Part shown: positions 58,933 to 64,000 of the stretch, in pieces
How the letters are laid out: every line of letters starts with the position of its first letter
Position numbering within the stretch: position 1 is the first letter of the stretch
NCBI RefSeq assembly: GCF_964355755.1
Contig: NC_092672.1
Span: 31,006,437 to 31,070,436, forward strand
Direction of reading: 5' to 3'
Source: Antedon mediterranea
Lineage: Eukaryota; Animalia; Echinodermata
Length of the DNA: 64,000 nucleotides
Made by a program: the position numbers and the translations under genes
Notes under the pieces: model-generated
Database searches by the model: none
What the model was told of the DNA's origin: nothing
The model's input: only the letters and a program-made list of their open reading frames with translations

Positions 58933-61900
58933 TTATTTTGTTCCGGTTGATAGTAGAGCTAGCAAGCCAGACGCCATAAGTACCGATGCTATGTAATTTC
59001 TAGTGGAATACAGTAAAGGAAAAAATACAAGATTGAACATTAGTTAAGATTTTAAAATGTATTATTAGGCGAAACAATTTATGAACGTCAGTTATTTGGG
59101 TGTTCTATACATATAATTTACTACTACTAATAATTTTATTTTAAAGTCTATAGAAAAGTTTTAAACTCATCCACATAAATAATAGAGGGCGCTATAGAAG
59201 ATGTGATAACACAAAACTAGCCAATGAAGTTCTAAAGCATTTTATGTTGAATGTGTTTTAAACTGAAGAGTGTAATAAATATCTAAATATTGATTATTAC
59301 ACTTATGTAACGCCTGTTTTCCTGTTGAAGTTATTCGACGCTATCGTCGTTGATCGTTACAGTTCAACTACGATCGTTTGAAAACGATCAAGTTGAAATG
59401 ATAACGAGTACCTTTTCCTGTAAATCGTTCACATTTCAATGTTTACGTAGAAGATCGCCGATTATTGGAGGGCCCCTTAGAATTACTATACCAGGGGCAT
59501 TTGCCACCGTCGTTACGTAACTGAAAATGTTTTGTTTTCTTTGTAAACTTGCATGCTTTTGGTTCAGATATTAAAAACTCATGTTCATTGTTTGTTAAAT
59601 TGTATAAAACTATATATTCTTTAAAACCTGAATTGAATTTAAATTTTGTACAGTATGATTTATTATTATAGTAAAGTACAAAAAAAAGGATACATTTGTG
59701 GTTCGAATGAACTCAACACGAAGAAACTAGCGACCACGATGAGCAACAAATAAAGCGTGTTGTTGTAGAAAATAGAGAAAGTGGTAGCTTCGTAATCCGC
59801 AACCTCATTTTTTTTCCATAGAATTCTAAAACAAAGAAAAAAGTTAATATTATTAAATATAAAAAAATTTGTTGTAAGACTAAATTGATATATTAATTAT
59901 TGATGTAATGGCAGAATATTTGGTTGGTTACACCTTACAGCATAGCAACACAGTCGACTCTATAATTGGTCCCAAAATACTGGAATCTTTTTTTTGTCTT
60001 GTGTGGGTTCGTCCCACTTTTATTATAAATATAAATAATATTATATATGCACATTTATATAATTCTCTTATTTATAAGGTACATTGTTAAAAATACATAT
60101 CTTTTGAAGCTTGAAAAAAGGGTGTTTAGAATGGATAGGATGGAATGATATATATAATGAAAACCGTAAGGATAGAGTCCATACACAGTGCAAGTCCAAG
60201 GTAATATTTTGGCTCTGTGTGTATGTGAGTCGCTTCATACCCGGATGACATATCTTAAAACTAATATAGTTACTAGGCCTATATACAATGTATTTAAGAG
60301 ATAAAAATAGCATTTTTTTTTATTTCAATAATTTAAGGAGATTTTGCTTTATATCTCCCCATTTACATTGATTGAGCTTTAAAGTAGTAGCACTTATACT
60401 CATTTTCAATTAAATGCTTTACTTCAGTAATAAAAAGATTCCAGATCTTTTTTTTATAGTTGTTTCCTTTTTTTTCAGGTTTTGTTAATATATGCAACTT
60501 ATATATAGAGAATATAAATAATGAAATCAATTCATTTACAATTATGTTATTTGATCCAGTAATCATTGTAGTCCAAGTTATTGGGTCTTCGTTTGAAAAG
60601 CTCTTAGCTATGACATTTTTAAATTTAAGCCATATCCATTGAATTACACTGCATTTATATAACATGTGTTTTTCAGTTTCAACCTTGTTTATACATTTAC
60701 CACATAAATCATTACCTGCTAAGTTCCAGATTTTTAATCGTTTTTTACATGGTAGTATTCTATGCAGAAGTTTCAAATTAAATTGAGCAACTTTGGGTAT
60801 ATGTTTTAGTCTATAAACTTTATAGTACCAAACATTACTCCAACCAATGTCTACCTTACCTAGTTCTATTTCCCATTTTGTTTGTGAATTTGGTATTTTT
60901 GAACATCTATTAATAAAATGATTATAGAAGACGGTTCCTTTATTTTTCATATAAAGTCGTAGACTAGGAATACTATTGTCTTCCTTTTTTGTATTATCTT
61001 TTTCAATAATTTCTTTCCACTCTTTTGGTATGGCTTTTAACAATTGCATATATTCAATTAAGGCGTTATGCTGTTTATACAGTTTAGGAAATATTTCACA
61101 AGGTGAAAGTACTCTATCATTCATGTAAATATCTCCGATTGTTTTAAACCCAGAAGATAACCATACTTTAAAATACATAGATTTATTGTTCAATACGATA
61201 TGTCTGTTTTCCCATATACTGGAATCTTTGAAAACTCAAAACTCTCCAAAAACCAGACTTTTCTTGTGATCCAAAAGATGTCATTTATAGTTTTACTGCA
61301 CTAAGAAATTCATTCGCTCACAACTCAATTTCTGTTAGTCTTATATTTTTTTACTTTTGTATTCTTCCAAAAGTGACAATATCAATACTTTCAACTTGTC
61401 ATCAAAAACATTTAAAATTTCTGGAAACCAGACATATCATTAGCAAAGCCCAATGCTGTCCCTGGTATTAGGAGAGTTGACGGTGTATTTTGATAACATC
61501 TATAATAAATACATCTTAAGCTCAGTCTACACTATCAAACATTATGTGACAAAAAAATGTGATGGACATGATGATGACATATCAGTACCATATTTGGGCA
61601 TATCACTACCTTATAAGGGCACACCACCCTTTTTTGTCCAACTAGTTTGATAGTGTAGACAGAGCTTAAAAGGGCGCTAGTTAAAATTGAACTAGATAGA
61701 TAAAACATGGTCCTTAATTGGAAGGTATTTATTTTGAGGAGATTTTTCCTTTATTCGTTTTGTATTACCTTTCATCCTTTTCTTTGCGTTGCATTTTCTT
61801 ATTATCTGTATCTGTAAGCTTCCTCATCACATCTTTGGAAACTGCATCCTCCCGCTTCTGTGCAATTCTGATAAATTAAAAAAAAAAAACACTTTTATTA

Positions 61901-63720
61901 TCATAATAATTTAAATCAATTTATATTATCAACGGCAGTCATCACAAAAGTATTTTGTTAGTGACATCATTAAGAGGTACAAACTGTTACAAGACGTAGT
62001 GTTTCAATAATTGCAGAGTTTCAAGATATTTTCAGTTCGTCTTTCCCATCCACCTAATTGTCTCCCAATCGTATAAAGCTCTGTCTACACTATCAAAGTT
62101 TATGTGACAAAAAAAAAATGTGATGTGCCACTACTATATTTGGGCATATCACTACCATAATTGGCACATCACACTTTTTGTCACACTAGTTTGATAGTGA
62201 AGACAGAGTTTTAGAGATGCAAAAATTCATTTCAATAATGTATAAATAGTATTGTTTTAATTTTATTATTGTTTATAGTGAATTATGTTTTAAACTAAGC
62301 CCTAGTTTGTTACTAAAAACAAAATGCTTCACATGCCCATTGTTTACTATAGATGCTGATAGCACTAGATTTTATAATAGCACCCTCTATAGTTTAATGT
62401 ATCTTAACATTTTTCTCTCTTGTTTACAACATTGCATTTTCTCAAGTTGAGACTCACATACACCATAGAGATATTATAGTGTATCTCTATGCATACACAA
62501 AGTTTTGAACTGAAATTCAGAGTAGAAACTAGAAATCCTCCCATCTGAATAAACTTATTTGACCATATCTGTTGAGAGGACACTGCTAAAAGCAATGCAC
62601 AATGTCCCTATTTATTTTAATATAATATAAATTATGCTTGGATTTTATCAGTGATAACGATGTATTGTTCCCAAAAAATCCATTGACTATTTGTTGGTTT
62701 TAAATACAGTTTGCACTAGGTAAATAATTTGGGTTTTTTTTCGATACAGTTTTTTGTCAAAGCGAATAACTATTGTGACAATAAAATGGCATATTCAACA
62801 AACACATTTTTAGTAAATTGTTTTTTGGGGGACAAAATATCCTAATCGGCAATTCCTACTATTATGTACAGTATTAGAGTAAGTGGCCGAGCGGTTAAGA
62901 CAGTGGAACCGTAATACGTTGCCATAACATCGGCAAGGGTTCAAGCTCACTCGCTTCGTGGTTCTGGTGATAGAACAGGTCTTCTAGGATATGGACTATA
63001 AACCATAGGTCAAGTGTGCACATCTGGCTCATGTGTACTTTAAAGAACCTAGTACATCTTTCGAGATGAGTTGGGGGTTACCCCAGTGTACTAGTTCACA
63101 CACAGCCACTGTAACAAACTCATCATATATATATATAATATTCTTTAAGGCATCCTGTAATTGGCGATATCGCTGTTGGATGTATGTGAAATAAAATAAA
63201 AAAGTTGTACATCTTGGCAAAATTAGGCATGACTTTAATACAGATTACGCTGTGACGGTACTAGTTACACTCTATTTTGTGTGATTAATAGAACGACATA
63301 CTGTAATAGTTAATACATAAACACAGAGAACAATTAGTACTCAGGGTCAATTGCGGGTACGTGAGACCTGTGCACTGTACACAGTACTGTACACTAAATT
63401 GTAACAAGATAGATTAGGAATATTTAAGTAGATGTGTTGTAAATGAAGTACGAATTTAGGTGATATTTTTTTTGTGTCATCGGCAGGGAACAATTATATA
63501 TTAAAAAAACATATTTTTACCATCTTCCTACAGTATGTGCTAAACAACATGTTACTTTATCCACTATATCAGTAATAAAAATGAATTAATCACCTGTGCT
63601 TGAGAACGAATTTAACATTTTTGTAGGCGAAGGCAACAAGCCAGGTACTAATGATTGTGAAGATTCCAAAAATAACTGCAGATTGTACAAGGTCCATCTG
63701 ATAAATTCGCCAGTACACCC
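58933..63720 (-). CDS. SSR3: Translocon-associated protein subunit gamma, exons 2-5: join(63720..63594,61867..61769,59825..59694,58999..58933); exon 1 right of window
   Basis: [32 protein letters not shown]|[18 protein letters not shown]|[24 protein letters not shown]..|[21 protein letters not shown], closely matching vertebrate TRAP-gamma; splice phases consistent. Confidence 0.97.
59000..59693 (-). other. SSR3: U12-type (minor spliceosome) GT-AG intron, SSR3 intron 4
   Basis: donor GTATCCTTT; branch site TTTTCCTTTAC ending ~13 nt upstream of the exon. Confidence 0.88.
59989..61440 (-). mobile_element. 5'-truncated L1/Tx1-clade LINE (ORF2 C-terminal zf-RVT region, ORF 60363-61193) in SSR3 intron 3
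   Basis: [15 protein letters not shown]....[19 protein letters not shown] motif; AATAAA (60019-24) then short A tail ~59989. Confidence 0.82.
61519..61666. mobile_element. Harbinger-type MITE family A
   Basis: TIRs, TWA flanks. Confidence 0.75.
62077..62209. mobile_element. Harbinger-type MITE family A
   Basis: TIRs, TWA flanks. Confidence 0.75.
62878..63110 (+). mobile_element. tRNA-derived SINE (Deu/Nin-domain type), 3'-truncated
   Basis: same head and central domain as 46126-46446. Confidence 0.8.
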
Positions 63721-64000
63721 CTAAAAAAGTAAAATTAAACAATCCATTTATCATTTTATTTTAATGATTTCATTTTCAGCAATGTTTAGAACCTATATTT
63801 AAAAACATAGTTATATTTATAGTTAGTAGTACTACCTAGGCTACAGTACACTCACAGTCTCCGTGCAAATAAAACTAAACATTAAATAAACGCCGTGGTT
63901 AGGATTCCGGCACCGGAACTCAACTGCCCACCGTTAGGAAATCCGACACGCTATTGCGCATGCCCAGAGCTTTGGGAAGTGAATTATAGCTTGTGCCACA

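Noticed and set aside
63841-64000. SSR3 exon 1
   Set aside because: No EEDLLLQDFSRN-like coding frame visible; exon 1 must lie beyond the window

Overview
AT-rich, intron-rich animal (invertebrate, plausibly deuterostome/echinoderm-like; not provable from sequence) genomic DNA. The minus strand carries a PLOD/lysyl hydroxylase gene. I traced 18 coding exons with consistent splice phases from ATG 54652 down to 4933; the final exon lies left of the window. Upstream of it on the same strand are exons 2-5 of SSR3 (TRAP-gamma), whose last intron is a U12-type minor intron. The 17.4-kb PLOD intron 16 hosts two same-strand, two-exon C1q/collagen-domain (CTRP/adiponectin-like) genes, i.e. likely substrates of the host enzyme; one is intact and one is frameshifted. 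PLOD intron 13 has an in-frame 75-nt cassette-exon candidate at the position of vertebrate PLOD2 exon 13A, and intron 16 has a 54-nt candidate. Introns are packed with transposons: a Helentron (PIF1 helicase + AP endonuclease) and its non-autonomous relatives, two long-TIR Academ-like elements, Harbinger/MULE/hAT-like MITEs, Deu-domain tRNA SINEs, a Tx1/L1 fragment and several minisatellites. All calls were made by eye; repeat boundaries are approximate.
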